The notes beneath the pieces were generated by a model. That model searched no databases and had not been told where the DNA came from. It worked only from the letters and a program-made list of their open reading frames with translations. Shown here one piece after another: positions 26,104-26,307 of a stretch of DNA of 26,307 nucleotides (its first letter is position 1; each line of letters opens with the position of its first letter). Source of the stretch: Candidatus Poribacteria bacterium (GTDB lineage: Bacteria > Poribacteria > WGA-4E > UBA9662); the NCBI GenBank assembly GCA_046582655.1, contig JAYGDX010000010.1:1-26307 (forward strand). Direction: 5' to 3'. Position numbers and translations under genes: made by a program.

Positions 26104-26307
26104 TTGAATAAAAATATTGCTTGCTTTCTAGTGATATTTTCATCTTTGAGTGTTATCAGTTGTGTGCCGAGAGGGAATCAGAAAGTCCCACAGATCAAGA
26201 TGACAATTCGAAACACATTGCCAATCAAGCGAGAAAATGTTCCAGTTATCATCTCGCTTGATCAATTAAAACAGGTTGCTCAAGACTTTTCTTTTAAAGC
26301 TTTCATT
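26104..26307 (+). CDS. 5' part of a lipoprotein gene (DUF4861-like N-terminus), running off the window and missing from the ORF track
   Basis: Open from TTG 26104 to the end of the window: MNKNIACFLVIFSSLSVISCVPRGNQKVPQIKMTIRNTLPIKRENVPVIISLDQLKQVAQDFSFKAFI. It has a lipobox-like VISC and an upstream RBS and promoter. The family call is recalled pattern only. Confidence 0.7.
   Translation, partial: MNKNIACFLVIFSSLSVISCVPRGNQKVPQIKMTIRNTLPIKRENVPVIISLDQLKQVAQDFSFKAFI

Overview
Gene-dense bacterial chromosomal window of moderate-to-low GC. Lipoproteins and a predicted outer-membrane beta-barrel point to a diderm. The mix of DegT, Gfo/Idh/MocA, enolase-superfamily, SDR and BNR genes is reminiscent of Ca. 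Poribacteria or PVC-like marine bacteria, but this is inference only. Bases 1-2070 are a 'gene graveyard': a PhoD-like phosphatase pseudogene, a GC-richer frameshifted remnant ending in a decayed PEP-CTERM-like signal, and a third short gene fragment. Next come a polytopic GT-C/DUF6798-like membrane gene, an enolase-superfamily gene, and a + strand run (DegT aminotransferase, OGG1-type glycosylase, ZapB-like coiled coil, GT4). A long - strand run follows (Gfo/Idh/MocA, cupin, M42 peptidase, HAD-IB, RluB-type pseudouridine synthase, TPR, HExxH metallopeptidase, BNR propeller, GT4, MoaB). The clearest system is a thiamine locus on the - strand: sigma70 promoter, TPP riboswitch with antiterminator and terminator, thiX, an uncharacterised ~12-strand beta-barrel gene, thiY, thiO, thiS, thiG. 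The cognate ABC ATPase (thiZ-like) lies upstream of the riboswitch and overlaps an SDR gene. The best candidate for something new is the TPP-controlled small beta-barrel, a putative outer-membrane channel for thiamine-pyrimidine precursors. No CRISPR array, tRNA, rRNA or transposase was seen.
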